Assembly: GCA_048213135.1 (NCBI GenBank)
Contig: PS015015.1
Span: 96,925 to 160,924, forward strand
Length of the DNA stretch: 64,000 nt
Origin: Reclinomonas americana ATCC 50394
Lineage: Eukaryota
Reading direction: 5' to 3'
The notes below the pieces were generated by a model. That model had not been told where the DNA came from. It made no database searches and saw nothing but the letters and a program-made list of their open reading frames with translations. Of this stretch, positions 13,369-28,648 are shown one piece after another. Every line of letters starts with the position of its first letter. Position 1 is the first letter of the stretch. The translations under genes and the position numbers were made by a program.

Positions 13369-15419
13369 TTTGGGTGGCGAGGAGGAGAGGTGAGAAGGAT
13401 GTACTGAGATGTGGGCGCAATGCAGGAGGGGTACGCGCAGTGGCAAGGCGAGTGCATCCAGTGTGCAAACACGTCGGGATTCGCCCGGCTGTGGACCTTC
13501 ACCAAGATTCTCGTTTTTGTGCTGTTCATTCACGTGTTCTTCCAGATCGATGTGGGAGGAGGTTTTGTTCTTGCTTCTCTCCAGGCCAGTGCTTCTTTTT
13601 TTTTGTTACTCACACTACCACGGGTACCGGTGCAGCCTCGGCCGAAATCATCATCTTCACGCTGCAGACGGCCACGCTGCTGTTCTACCCGAATGTGGAG
13701 CTGATTTCGCTGGGCCGTCTACTCTCATTTGTCGTTCCGCGCATTGTGGATGTTGGATGCGCGTTCAACACCGATGCCGTGGGCGACATGTTGGGCCGCA
13801 TCATCTCGCCGGCAGTGTCGATGGCCACGTTGTGGGCGTGCTTTGGTGCACACTGGTTGCTTGGCAAGGCGCTGACGCACTGCGCCTACCGCGGACGGCT
13901 GCATCACAGTAGATCGGCAGGTCGGCGGTGGCAGCGGTTCATTGGCTGGTTCATGCGCACTGCGTCGCCGCATCGGTACATCATGACGAGCATTGTGCTG
14001 CTGCTTGGAGCGTACGAGGGTGTGACGGAGACAGCCATCACGTTCTTCACATGCACTGCGGTGGGCAACAGTCACGTGGTACTCTTCTCGCCGAGTATCG
14101 TGTGCTTCGAGGGAGTGTTGCGTTATCACTGCAGCTGCTGCGCTGCGCGATTGAAGAGAATTGTCATCATCAATTGTTTATCTCTCAATGCGCGCGATGC
14201 ACAATGCAGGTGGCGGCGCCTCATTCCGCTGTTTGCGGTGTTGCTGGCGGTGACGTTGAGCATTCCAGTGTTGGTGATCCTGTGGACTGCGCGACTACGG
14301 CGGCAGAAGAGACTGCAGGATGAAAAGGTGATGGCATGCATGACGACATGATTGTGAGAGGGTGTGCTGCAGTTTTTGTGTCAGCCGTGGCCGGTCTCGT
14401 TGAGATTCGTGAATCTCGTTGCACACACATGGGTGTATGCATGTGTACTGCTGTAAGCTTGCTCGTGTCTCTCACGCATCGATGTTCCGTGCTACAGACG
14501 CGACGCCGGTTCGGCGTGTTGTATCACCACTTCCGCACGCCGGTGGTTTGGTATCAAGGTGAGTCAATCATTCTGGATCCAGCGTGAGTTCAGTCTCATA
14601 TCACACACACACACACACATGTACTTTGTTGCGGTTGTCGATGTCATCAGGTTACCAGCTGTGTCGGCGGCTGGTTGTTCTCGGAGTGCTCTTCCCACTC
14701 GCTGCCACGGGATCGATCGAAGTTCTCCCCCTCGCACTGTGGCTGGTGTGTGTCGGATTCCTCGCGGTGCATCTCAGTGTGCGCGCATACGAACATCAAC
14801 TGTACAACATTCTGGAGGTGAGCAGCAGTAATGAGGTGACCGGCCATACCGATTGAGTGTTCGTCTTCTGATTCTTCTTCTTCTTCTTCCTCTTCCTCTT
14901 ATACGTGTGGCAGGCGATTGGACTCGGCTGTCTCGTTGTCATCTCCACCATATTTGCGTCGCAAGCATCGACAAACTTCAAGGTCGTTGCCAGCATCACG
15001 ATCTTGTCGGTGGTGGGTGCGGTGCTGGTTGGCCCGATGGTGCTGTTTGGCGTCCAGGCTATGGTGGCTGCCTGTCGGCGACAGCGACCGCGCAGTGGAC
15101 AGATGGGTGACGGTACGCACACCTACACATCCACACACATACATACATATATACACGCACGCGTCCTCGGGCGTGACACCCTGGTGCTTAGTAGCATTTG
15201 TTGTGCACTGTAGATGGCCGAGGTGGTGGAGCTGCTGCGCAGCCACAGGATGATGGTGGCGGCAGCGCAGCGGCGTCAATGCAACATGCATATGCGCGTG
15301 ATGACATTGCAGGCAACGCACCACTCAATGTTCCACTTCTGGCTGGCGCCGCTCGTGAAATGGATGACGGGATAGACTGGGCGGACAAGCGCACCGCAGC
15401 AGACTGGCGAGAAGTTTAA
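13369..15419 (+). CDS. Multipass membrane protein C-terminus with upstream Cys-rich segment; N-terminus lost in gap
   Basis: QEGYAQWQGECIQCANTS followed by many hydrophobic helices; TAITFFTCTAVGNSHVVLFSPSIVCFEG; RFGVLYHHFRTPVVWYQ; YQLCRRLVVL; VRAYEHQLYNILE. Layout common in protist multi-TM surface proteins. Confidence 0.7.
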
Positions 15420-15907
15420 AGTGACGAGTAGTGAAGGTCGGCGGTAATCACTGTTTCCTTGTTTGTCGCTGTGGTGTGCTCTCTGTACGCATCATGGGAC
15501 GTCACACCATGCACGAACGATGACAGTGCATTGCGAACGAACGCGAAAACTTGTAAGCATGCAGTTGCGCTGTGTCCTCTCGCTGCGGATCGTCCTCCAT
15601 AAGAGCACGAGGGGGTAAATATGAGACACCGGCGGCGACGGCTGCTAACACCCGCACAACACGCATGTCGTGATATCTTGGCGTTGCTGCTTGTCGTGTG
15701 TGGCGTGTGCGCTGCACTCGTCCATGTGACATGTGCACACACCGAAGATGATGCATTTTTTGGTGACAAGTCCGACGACGCGCTGCCACTTGTGCTCTGT
15801 CAGGGTCGCATCGAGGGCATGCGCAGCCACGCTCACGCGAGATCCTTTTCCAGCTCCACTCTGTACTCCCCACGCTTAATATCACCCTCATCTTCACCAC
15901 CCATCTC

Positions 15908-17453
15908 TCAGAACTTGAGGTTCGACATGGCCTGGATCGGCGGATCGTCGTTCGCATCCGGATCGAATTCCACATCATTGTCTCCCCCGTCACCGTTACC
16001 ATCGTCGTCGCCCTGCGTTTTTTTCCCTCACGATGAGTACAGACAACGACAGCGACGACAGCGGGAAAGAAGAGCCACACCCCACCTGTCCAAGCGCAGC
16101 CAGCACACTGGTGGCGTGCGCGTCGAACCCTTCGAGGAACTGCAGATTGTCGATGGCTTGCGGCCACTGGTCCACGAATTGCAACGTGGAGACGCCATTG
16201 TAGGTGACATTGACCTGCGCAGCAATGATTTTCTTGTTGGTTGTCCATGGTGGCAACAGAATAAATCAAGTGCAACGACACGCAACGTTTACGAGGTTCT
16301 CCAGTCCTTCGAGAATCACCGCCAGTCGCTTGCTCACCATGTTGGCCAAGCCCATCTGCTTCACCAGCTGCACGACGTCGTCGAGTGCCTCCAGCAGCAC
16401 GCGTAGTCCACCGGCGTCCACCAATCGCCTGTGACGGGGGACTTGTTGTGAGACGCACTGTGGTGAGTGTGATCGTTCNNNNNNNNNNNNNNNNNNNNNN
16501 NNNNTCCCCCTTCTCCCCCTTCCCCATACCCACCATTTCTTCGCTCACAACCGGCTTCCAGCGGCACAGATTGGAGAGCGACCACGCTACGTTGCGCACG
16601 AGCCCGATGCTCACCGCCGGATTGGCGGAATCACCCGCGTCTTGCGCATCCGGATCGCAATGCAACAGCGTGAACAACTTGACATGCATCGCTCGACCCA
16701 GCAGCATATCACGCAGTTCCGCACAGTCGCCCGACACGTTGCCGATGAACCACACCGCCTGCGCGCGACGTGACATGAAAGACCGCAAGTGGCGCGCGAG
16801 GCACACACACACACACACACAAAGGTTACCTGTTCGCGAACATCAGAGCTCGGCGACAGGAGACACCGTTCGACATCCGGCAGCACCCCCGACGTCATCA
16901 CCGCCATGGTCTGATCATGCGACCCCGACGCCACATTCGACAAGATCCACAGGCACTCAAACTGCACATGCACACACACACACACATACACGTGAGTCAA
17001 AAAACAGTCAGTGGTCAGCATCATTCAAACAATCACTCACCTGCAACTCATGCGACTGCTCCTGCCGCACTCCATTGACTACAGTTTCCAACGCTTCATC
17101 GGTATCCAAGAACGCCTGCAACGTGCCATCCTGCGCCGCACTCTCTGCACAAACACGTCACATGACCGAAATAACACACACACACAATCGCGCGCGCGCA
17201 CACACACACCAGTTGACACCAAGCGACGAATGCTATGTGCGCCCGACACCTGCTCCGCCATGGTACCAACGCGGATCATGTTCACACCGCGTTGAATCTG
17301 TTCTCGCGTGTGTGTGTGTGAGAGAGAGAGACAGTGTGCATCATTCGCGCACACACAATGAAGCAAGCAAAACGCAACTCGCTGAGCCACATTATGCGGT
17401 TCCTCAGCGCCAAACTGCCTGACTGCATTGTTCTCTGCGATCTTCTCTGCCAT
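15908..17453 (-). CDS. Importin-alpha-like ARM-repeat protein, divergent, interrupted by a gap
   Basis: LQ|FECLWILSNVASGSHDQT...SDVREQ|AVWFIGNVSGDCAELRD...VRNVAWSLSNLCRWKP are karyopherin-alpha ARM motifs. Acidic tail ends SNLKF*. Confidence 0.8.
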
Positions 17454-17507
17454 GGTTCGCGCGCGACAAAGGAGGACACAGGACGTGAGTTGTCTTCCTA
17501 TCATTGC

Positions 17508-19892
17508 ATGGCGTCGAGCACAGAGAGCGTGGCTGTGCACGGCTTGCTCGGCTCTGTGCTTGGTGACGCACTGGGCTGGCCGTTTGAGAACTTTCGTGGT
17601 GGGCGGTTTGCGCTGGAGACGCGCTGGGAACTGCGCGCGTCGTTGCGGTGAGCACTTCCCTGTGTGTGTGTGTCGTCTTGTCGCGTGACTCATTGATGCA
17701 CAAGCAGCACGTACCCGGAGAGAGAGATCCCACCGGGTCACGGTGTGTGGACAGAGGGCTCGCAAGTGTCGCTCACGCTGATGGATGTGTTGCATGAGTT
17801 GATTGCGCTGCTGCAATTGATCCGATTCCTTTTTTCCTCCTCGTTCTCTTGTTGTGACGCTCGCCGACTGCAGATGCAACGATGGATCGGTGGACTTTGA
17901 TGCGCTGATCGAACTGTGGGTGTCGCTGGCCAACGTGGAGTGGTTTCGACAGGCTGGTCAGCCGCTGCGCGAGAATCAACGAGGTGCCTTTCGAGCAACA
18001 TCGCTGGTCAGTCAGTCAGTCAGTCGTTTGCTTCTCAGGAGACGCATGCTCTCTTATCTGTGAGGGGAATTGCAGGCTTTCCGTAACGCTCTGCGTGCGT
18101 GGCAAGACGATGGCACGCGGGCCGATGATGCCGCCGAGCTGAAGTCGCGTTCGTGTGTCGACTTGCAGGTCGACTTGCGACTGACACTGTATTTTTTCTC
18201 GACTCTATGCAGTCCCGGGTGTGCTGCTGCGTTGCGCGTGTTTCCACTGGCGGTGCTGGCCGCCACGAGTGCCCACTCGGCCGAGGTGAGTGGACACGAG
18301 CACTTTTCATCTCGTGTTGTCGACACTCATCGCGTGCAGGAAGCGATTGCATCGCTGCAAGAGCTCGTCACCGCGTCGACTGTGCTGACGCATGGCGACG
18401 TGTTTGCCGTGGTGCCGGCCTACGCTCTGGCGTACATGATGGCCAACATTATCCTCGAGTCCGAAGGACTAGTGCGTTGGAGGAGAGTGATGGGGAGTGT
18501 GATACAGTCTCCCTGACCTTCTTTCAACCACAGGTGCGCATGTTTGAGCACAATCACTCGCTCGAGGCCGTGCTGCTGGAGCTGAGTCGTGAGATGGCCA
18601 TCTTTGAGGACTTTGTGGCGGTGCGCTTGCCTGTGCGTTGGCGGTACGTCTTCCCACTTTCGACTTTCGGCGTCCGTCTTCCTTCTGTGAGCTCACATAC
18701 ACACACTCTCTGCAGACCCGTCAACGCACAACACTACCACTCCTATTCTACGATGCTGGCGCAGGTGGCCACCGACTGTGCACAGTTTGAGGCATCGCGA
18801 CTCCCACCGCCCGAACTCTTTGGCAAGCTGGTGACGTCGATCAAGCAGCACGCGAGCGCCGTCAGTGCGCGTCCACTGGACAACCCGTGCACGGCGGCCT
18901 TTGCACCAGCCAGCGTGACCGTCAGCATCTGTTTGGCTCTGCTGTACCGTTCGCCGGCCTACACCTTCTTGGATGGGTTGTGGATCCTGTTTGCGCAGGG
19001 TGGCGATTGCCGAGCCACCGGTGCCATGGCCGGTTGGTGCAGTCTCTTTTCTTGCCTTTACTATCTCCTTTACACATTTTCACTGGTTGTAGGTGGTCTG
19101 CTCGGTGCCTTTCAAGCAAAGCAGGGTCGCCCGTCGCTGGTGAGCGAGGTGCACTGGTTGCATGCGTAGGTCACCTTGTAATCTCACTTGCTTTGCGCAG
19201 GTCGATGACGCGCTCCCGCTGTTGATGGTGCACGAGCGCTTGCGTGACTTTGTCTCGCGCTTTGTGGCGTGGTGTTTCCGTCGTCGCGTACCCTCGACCA
19301 CGGAGTTGGCGCCGGAGGAGCGAGGTTGTGTGTGTGTGTATGCAAGATGCCGCACCATGCCGAACAATGCTGAAGAGCTTCCACTCGCAGAGCCACCACT
19401 GGACGCAGCAGGCCTGGAGCTGCTCGTCACTCGCGGTATTCTCGAGTTGCCGCAAGAGACGCGACGCGACTACTTTCGAAGCGGTGCCTATCAAAAGAAT
19501 AAGCAGGCCTTTGTCAAAGGTACGAATACTCTACGTCGTCGGCACGTCATGCGCGCCACCACTCACAACTTTGCCCGTGTTTCACAGCGGCCACAGAGAG
19601 AGCCAACGAGCTGGCGGAAGCGCAACTGGTCGGAGTCGATGTCAACGACGACGTGGCCGTGCGACGTGCGGTGGAGGAACTGTATGTGCAAGTGTTTCAG
19701 GAGCACGACGAACCGCTGCTGTCGTTGGTGTTGACAGGCATGTCACTTCGCTGTGATATGCCACAACATGCTTTCGTGTCGCCTCACACACCAGTTGCAG
19801 CCGACGAACGACAGCGCCTGATCTTCAATGTTGTTTCTCGCGTGCTACCGCCGCGATCTGCTTCAACAGCCGGTCCTAGTGCTGTCTCATGA
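17508..19892 (+). CDS. ADP-ribosylglycohydrolase (ARH/DraG)-fold protein with degenerate catalytic motifs
   Basis: GLLGSVLGDALGWPFE; GVWTEGSQ; SPGCAAALRVFPL; STVLTHGD; QGGDCRATGAMAG(G)LLGA. Confidence 0.75.
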
Positions 19893-19999
19893 ACCTCATG
19901 TCGTGCAGCAGTATGCAGTTGTTTACGACATTTTCCATATCCCTCTCCCCCTTCTGTTTTTCTTTTCTCAAAAGTTGCCCACATGCATGAGCATGTCTC

Positions 20000-21132
20000 T
20001 TACGACATCTCAAAGGCAAAGGTGGGGTCACGCTGTGGCTCCTTGGCGGGATCCGTGTACGCCTGCCGCACTGTGGTCATGTAGTGCTGTGCGCCGCTGT
20101 GAATGTTGGAGCGGACGATGCCGCCGGTGACGGTCCTGTTGGTCACCACAATGGTGCGTGCCGTCTTTGTCTCCTCGTGCGCCAAGCCCATGGAGTCCTC
20201 CACCGTCGGGCCCCGCTGTGACACAAATGAGTCAGTTGAACGAATCCCAACCACAGGCCACACGCTGTTGACATACCGGGGAATTGTACGGCCAGCCCGT
20301 CGAGGAGCGCTGGATCCGCGACGTCTCCAGTCGCCGCTCGGTGATTTCACGGCAGTAGTCGGCCAGCTGGTGGTCGTCCTTGACTGGCCGCCGGTACGAG
20401 GACTGCTGAATCGTGACAAGGTCGCGTGCCCATTTGGCCTCGCCAACTGTGCGCGGCAGCTTGTTGCGCGTGGTGTGGGCCATGCCCGGCGGCGCTGGGA
20501 CGTGTGCGCCCTCGGGCAGGTCGGGCGTGGAGCCCGTTCGTGCAACAGTCAGCGGCATCAGCGGCGGAAGGGTCAGTGTTCCGGACTCTGCAGAAAAAAA
20601 GAAACAGAAAGTGAGTACGCGCTGCCAGCAGCACCCGTGCTCGGCGAGGAGAGACGCAACTGCCAACAACCGTAATGGGCTTGGTTGCTTGCATGCTGAA
20701 GCGCACAGAACCTCTGTAACGAGCAACAGGAGTCAGTCCAGAAACCACTAAATCTCGCACACCACGACCCGGCACACACCGTGCTGACATTGGTTCGCCG
20801 GTGAATCCCATCTCGCGCGGAGTGGCGCGGTCAATGCCACCCACTGGAAGCAGTGCCACCTCCTACACACACACATTCACGCGCATGTGTGCGAGTGTGT
20901 GAGAGCGGAAAAAGAGGTGACACGGCAACGACCACCCGAAATATGTCACCTTGGACTGGCGCTGGAGATCACCGCGAAGCACACTGCTGCCGGCGTTGCG
21001 CTGCTTGGAGCGGTCGCGCACAATCGTGGCAAAGGGGCGTGGCGATGTGGCGGAGGCCGAGGGACCCGGCGGGTGCGAGGAACGCTGATACGTTGCGAAG
21101 GGATCGCTCTTGTTGCCGAGCCACGACGTCAT
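20000..21132 (-). CDS. Small hypothetical protein with Mn/SAXO-like motifs; candidate axonemal microtubule inner protein
   Basis: FATYQRSSHPP, LVTIQQSSYRRP and YMTTVRQAYTDP in an otherwise disordered protein. Middle exons unresolved. Confidence 0.5.
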
Positions 21133-21337
21133 GGCTCACTGTCGCTGGAGTCACAGCGCAAGTGGTGGCACTCGAGAAAAACCAACAGAAAAAATAAAAC
21201 ACACACTCGCACGCACACACAATATAGCAGAAAAGCGCGTGCCAGCCACCGAAGAAGACAGTTTTCAATAAGCCGTTTTTGACGGTCGGGTTCGTTCGTC
21301 GGCCCTTACAGCTGCTCCTTACCCCTTACGATTCCAA

Positions 21338-23304
<1,967 letters not shown>

Positions 23305-23329
23305 CACACTCACACACACGCCGATTGTT

Positions 23330-25504
23330 TACTCGCTGTCGGTGTCGTCGCTCTCTCACTGTGCTGGTGGGTAGAGATCGACAGCGTCGCGACGCCGGTG
23401 CAAGGCCTTGGGCGTCACATACTCGGGGAAGTCTGTGCTAAACATGCGAATGACACGGTCACGCTCCTCGTGCACACGTCGATCAAGGACCTTGGAGGAC
23501 TGCACAACTTATTTAGTTTTCTTGTTGCCATCACACACAATGTCCTCACACTCAAACTCACCGTGAACGCGTAAAGGTAAAGGCTAAGCGGCTTGGCCAG
23601 TTGCTGTACAAAGGACTGGCCGTCGCGTCGTCGCATGACTTGCACGGAGAAGCGCACCAACTGCGGCGCCAATGTTCCGCTGTTGTACTGCTCGCTCTCA
23701 TCGAACATGGCCTGCACAGTGCACCACAGTGCGCAAGTGAGACACGTGGAATTCTCATCCACTCTCATCATCACCAGCACACACCTCACGCTGTTCCAGA
23801 CGAGGCACGCGCACAGAGAACGTCACATCGATGCAGCGCGTGAGCGGATTGTACAACGACTGGGTGTCGGTGCATTCGGTGTCTTCGACACTGACACGGA
23901 GTGCGTACACATCGCGCTTCTCGTACACCTCGAAGCCAGGATCGCTGTGGTCACAATCAGCAACGGGGCGACGGAGACAAGGAGATGCCAGTTGTAGTGT
24001 GACGCAACGCTATGCTCAGAGTTACGGAGCACGTCGTTCCATGCAGCACGAGGAAGCGACCCTCGTCGTTCAATATCAAGTGCGAGTCTGCAGTACGAAG
24101 AGAACACGTGAGCGATAGTCACACAAACACCACACAGTGTCGAACAGAGACGCAACCAAAGTTGTCCTTGATGGAGGTCTCAATGTAGGCGGTGTCCGGA
24201 GGCAACGATGTTGCCATGAGCTCCAAGAAACTGTGTGCACAATGGCATGAGTATCAAATCAGACACACTCGCTCGTCGCGCACATCCCACCTTGCAGGCG
24301 TGGGCAGCCGGCGCACCAGGATCGGATCCAGGTCGCACAAGCGGCTGCGCAAGTGTTCAAGGCGAGCTGCACGGTACACGGGTGCCCGCTGCAGCGTCAC
24401 GTCCAGCGGATAAAACAGGTCGCTGGTGCCGCTGAGCAGTGCACCAAACACGGTGCGCACACGATCACACACTGCGTCTTCGATCTGCTGCAACTCGCCC
24501 ATGTCCACAGTGCCGACAGTCGCCTTGCGCGACGGCGACAGCGCGGATAGCGACAATGGGCGATCCAGCCCGTCGTGCTGTTGGACACCGTGAAGGGCCT
24601 CTGACATGTAAAACAGTGAGTGCGGGTCGAGTGGCGTGTCGCGCAACATCCTTGCCAGACAGTGCTCACCGTCCACAGCCGCCATGGTGCTGGCGTACAT
24701 GCGCTGCTGTGCTATCGTCTCGTGCACCACCGCCGTGATGCTGCCCTCGATCACGGCCAGCAAGTCAGCGGTCTCGTCGGTGGGCTGACCCGCCCGCGCG
24801 AATACCGGACTGAGTGCACGATGGTTCGGGCTGCGCAGCGCAGTCGGCGAGTACAGTGGACGCGCTACAGATGGCGACAGAATAAGAAGTGAGGCTTCCA
24901 TTTTTTGTGCACAATTGAGAGTACACACCGGTTGCGTATTGAGGCGTCGTGGGAGAGGACACGGTTCGTGGCTCATCGGCCGCAGACACAGGCGACATGA
25001 TGTCGGGTGCGTCAATCACCTCGTCCTCGGTTGCCGCAGTGTGCACCTGCATACCGTCATCAGTATCACAACAATAAAGTCGAAGCAAGTGAATACATAA
25101 ACACACCGCTTGTCGCTCCAGACGCTGAGCAATGCTGTCGATCTCCGCGTCCTCCATTTGCTGCTCCATGGCGCGCTCAAACACAACCTCCATCTGTCGG
25201 TTCCGGTGCACCGCCTCTGCCGCTCGCCTGCCACGCGAAAAAAACGGGTGAGGCAGAAGTCGGATGCGAGCAGCGCATGAAACACGACCACACACACACA
25301 CACACCTCTCAAGCTCCTCGCGGTTTGGCGACACAGCTCCCACCGAGGCTGCAACGAAAGTGCGGGTCAGGCGTGGATCTGGAGCACAATGGAGCAGCAG
25401 AGGAGGAGAGAGACTGGAAGACAACACTGACACGTGAGCACATAAAAGAGCAGTTCATTCACCATTTGCAGTGGAGCTTCCACCCTGGCCGGCGGTAGAT
25501 CCAT
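23330..25504 (-). CDS. Multi-exon hypothetical protein, probably helical
   Basis: Exons such as RAAEAVHRNRQMEVVFERAMEQQMEDAEIDSIAQRLERQA; DLLAVIEGSITAVVHETIAQQRMY...LRSRLCDLDPILVRRLPTPAR; AMFDESEQYNSGTLAPQLVRFSVQVMRR. No family recognised; ends approximate. Confidence 0.5.
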
Positions 25505-25603
25505 CGTCCTGTGCAGGTGACGCAACCAGAGTGAGCGAACTGTGATACAAAAGGGGAATGCGGGACCGACTCACGGATGACGACAAGACAGACGGGAGGT
25601 CGG

Positions 25604-28340
25604 TCAATGGGAACTGTCGCGGTACAGAGTCAAGCGGTCAGGAAGTCTACACGCACAAGCAGAAGCACGGACAGTGCATACCGATCTGCCAGTCTTGTTG
25701 CGCAGCATGGTGAGCAGACGAAGCTGATAGGCACGCAGGTTGTCCAAACTGTGCAAACAAGTGCCGGTGTTAGCAATCTCCACATCGCATGCAAGCAAAC
25801 GAAAACAACGCAACTCGGCAGCATCGTACGCAGTGCGGTCTGTGCCGTCGGCCTTGTGGCTGCAGCTGGAATACACGACACGAAAAGTGCGCGGCAGTCA
25901 AGGGAGAACAGACAGCAGGGATGGAAGCAAAGCAATGACGGTGGCGGTGTGACACAAAAGGATATTCGTTGAACTCGGCTCGGTCGTCGAAGCGCACGGA
26001 GAAGACGCTGTCGCGGCTGATCATCTGCCACGTTTGTGCCTCGCTGACCACAAGCGGCATGTTGCCGTTGAGTCGGAAGAGCGTCACCGGCTGTGCGACA
26101 CGAGAAGCTGTGGTGAGTACAGACATGGAACTTCTGCACCCGCAGCTCGACGCTATTGGACGCACAGCAAGAGTTGGCTTGAGGAAAATGGCGGCCATAA
26201 AGGGGTCCACCGAGTTGGCCAGAGGAGCAGTGGGAGAGGCCGACAGGATGCACACACGGCACTGTCCGCGACTGACCCAGCGCATGCGACTGAGGTCGAG
26301 CTCATAGAGCCGACCATCGGCCGACTGCAGACACTGCCAGTTGCTGCACGAGGACAGTCAGTGACGCGTGTCAAACGCACTCATGACCACACATGAACAC
26401 TCAACTGCGGAGTATCGACCGGCACGTCACTGAAGGACGAGGTCATGGAGACGTTGGACCATCGCTCGTCTTGTGGAGTCGGTGGCGCACGCGGCTGTGG
26501 CGTTTGCTCGAGCACGGACGGGGCCGCTCCTGTGACATTCAGTGCTCTTTAACAACTCAACGTGCTCGACACAGCAGAGGGGGATTTTTTGAGCGAGTTG
26601 GTGCGCACCTTCTGCAACGCGCGGGGGTGACGGCAACTCAAACGTCACCGTGATACCGGATGCCGACGAGCCAGATACCGGCTGCTGCAGCTGCTGAGAC
26701 GAAGAGGAGGAGGAGGCGGCGCCGGCTCGGGTCGGCGGTTGTGGTGAGGCTTCGACTGCAGACGGCTGCGGAGCCGGCGTCCTCCGCGGAGCAACTTCTG
26801 CATGAGTTTTTTTGTGGCGACATTGAGCNNNNNNNNNNNNNNNNNNNNGAACGGCTTGTCCAGCACACTCTCCTGCAGTCGAGGACCCTTGATGTCGCGG
26901 AAGACTCGGAACACTTTCCATTTGCGATTTTGCACAAAGTTCAGCGTGCCCTTGCTTTGGTACATGCGCTCCAGCAGAGCTGTGCGGAACGGACTGTAAG
27001 GAACACAGAGATCAACAGGACTCACAACGGACGGCACACCTCGAATCTTGGCGACAGTGGTCGTGTACACCGCACCGTACTGCGCCGACGAAAAGGCGTA
27101 GAGTGCAATGCGGCCGAGCAGCTCCAAGAACTCGTAAAATGTAATGCTCTCCGGCACACCCGGCACCGTCTTGTGCACACAGGCGCGATACAGCTGCAGG
27201 AGCGCCGGCTTGGACGCCAGCGACGGGAACAACTCAAAGTCGCGGGCAAACATCGAGAACTCGTCAAAGTTCATAGTCTCCTGCGCCCTCGTCACTGTCT
27301 TCCACGACGTCTCCTCACCCGGCAGTTTGTGCAAGTCGCAGTAGTAATCAAAGATCTGTGCGTATGCAGTGTGAGAATGATTCGCAACTCGTCAAACGCA
27401 TGTGACGACGACGTGACAGACCTCACGAATCGGGGCTTCGAACTGGCGCCACGTCTCAATCACATCCGGCATCACCAGCTGCTTGTTGTCGCGTGCAGCC
27501 GCCATGGCTTCCACGTGCCTGGCCGGAGCCGACGACGACCCTGAAGACGACGATGCTCCCGATACTGCACTCGTGTTGACCGCATCCGGTGAAGCGTCTG
27601 ATGCAAAGGAAATGAGTTCGCCTGCGCGAATGCACATCTACACCAGCCAGCACGACACGCAACAAAGGTGTGGTGACAGCTGCTCCGGTCGCAAGCGGGA
27701 GCAGTTGGCCAGAATGTAGCGAGTGAGGAAGGCGTGGAAATCTTCACTGGCCAGTGGTCGATCCGTGGCTACTCGGAGACACACAAGCGCGCATTAGACA
27801 CACATAGGAAGAGTAGGGGAGAGACGAAATGGAAGCGCACCAAGGTGTTTCCGACTGGCCAGCATGTAAATCGCAGTGAGGAACTCCTGGTAGTTCATGC
27901 GCGCCTCTTGTCGCGGCTGTGTGGGTGACACAGGCCGCATGGCAAGCGTGGCACTGGCCGCAGAGGCATTGAAGCTCGGCGACCCAGTGGCCGGAGGCAG
28001 TGCCGTGAATGTGTCACTGCATGCATGCGTGCGTGCCGTGGTGAGCGAGAAGAGATAGTCTATAAGAGAGGTAGACGATGGTCATCAACGACGGAACGTC
28101 CTGAGGGCGCCACGCGTGCACTCGACAAACACCAGATCAACGTCGCCAAAGCTGAGACTCTTGTTGTCCACCGCGCCGCTCTCCCTCATGAGGCGAGCGA
28201 ACGAGCGACTGGAGATGGTGTCACTGCGGTTCATTCGGTCGCCCGAGTGGCTGTAGTGGTGGAAGATGCAACGCAAATCCTCATCTGCATCGAGTACGAC
28301 TGTGAGCGAGTGGTCTCACCAGCATGAACCGCAACAACAT

Positions 28341-28389
<49 letters not shown>

Positions 28390-28564
28390 GTAGAACCGAC
28401 AACAGTGCCGCTGGCGTGTTGTTCTGCAGCGGAATGGCTGAGCGATCGGGCGGTGCATCGCCTCGGGCTGCCGACTGCTCAAAATCTGCAATCGTCATGC
28501 GCTGGCGAGTGGAGTTGGGCGACACCGGAGTCGGCGAGGCCGCGGCTGCGCTTCCAAGATCCAT
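25604..28564 (-). CDS. p25alpha/EF-hand-like repeat protein with a possible C-terminal PH-like domain
   Basis: LRCIFHHYSHSGDRMNRSDTISSRSFARLMRESGAVDNKSLSFGDVDLVF; MNYQEFLTAIYMLA; MNFDEFSMFARDFELFP; ITFYEFLELLGRIA. Late exons GRLYELD...WVSRGQC and SVFSVRFDDRAEFNE. Confidence 0.6.
28343..28388. repeat. (CA)n intronic microsatellite
   Basis: Seen directly. Confidence 0.95.
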
Positions 28565-28648
28565 ACTCTCGCTGCGGCTGCACGCACAGACGTGATCAGG
28601 GGGGGGGAGCAAACAAATGCAACCCAACAGAGCCTCGCATCCATCAAC

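Noticed and set aside
12437-14351. ORFs spanning N-gaps that would fuse the transposase to the membrane protein
   Set aside because: Artefact of translating through Ns; the same applies to ORFs across the 57.3 and 58.4 kb gaps.
15830-15910. In-frame acidic extension after the importin TGA (possible readthrough or recoding)
   Set aside because: Importin-alpha proteins commonly end in a terminal Phe like this, TGA is a normal stop in other genes here, and the extension is short.
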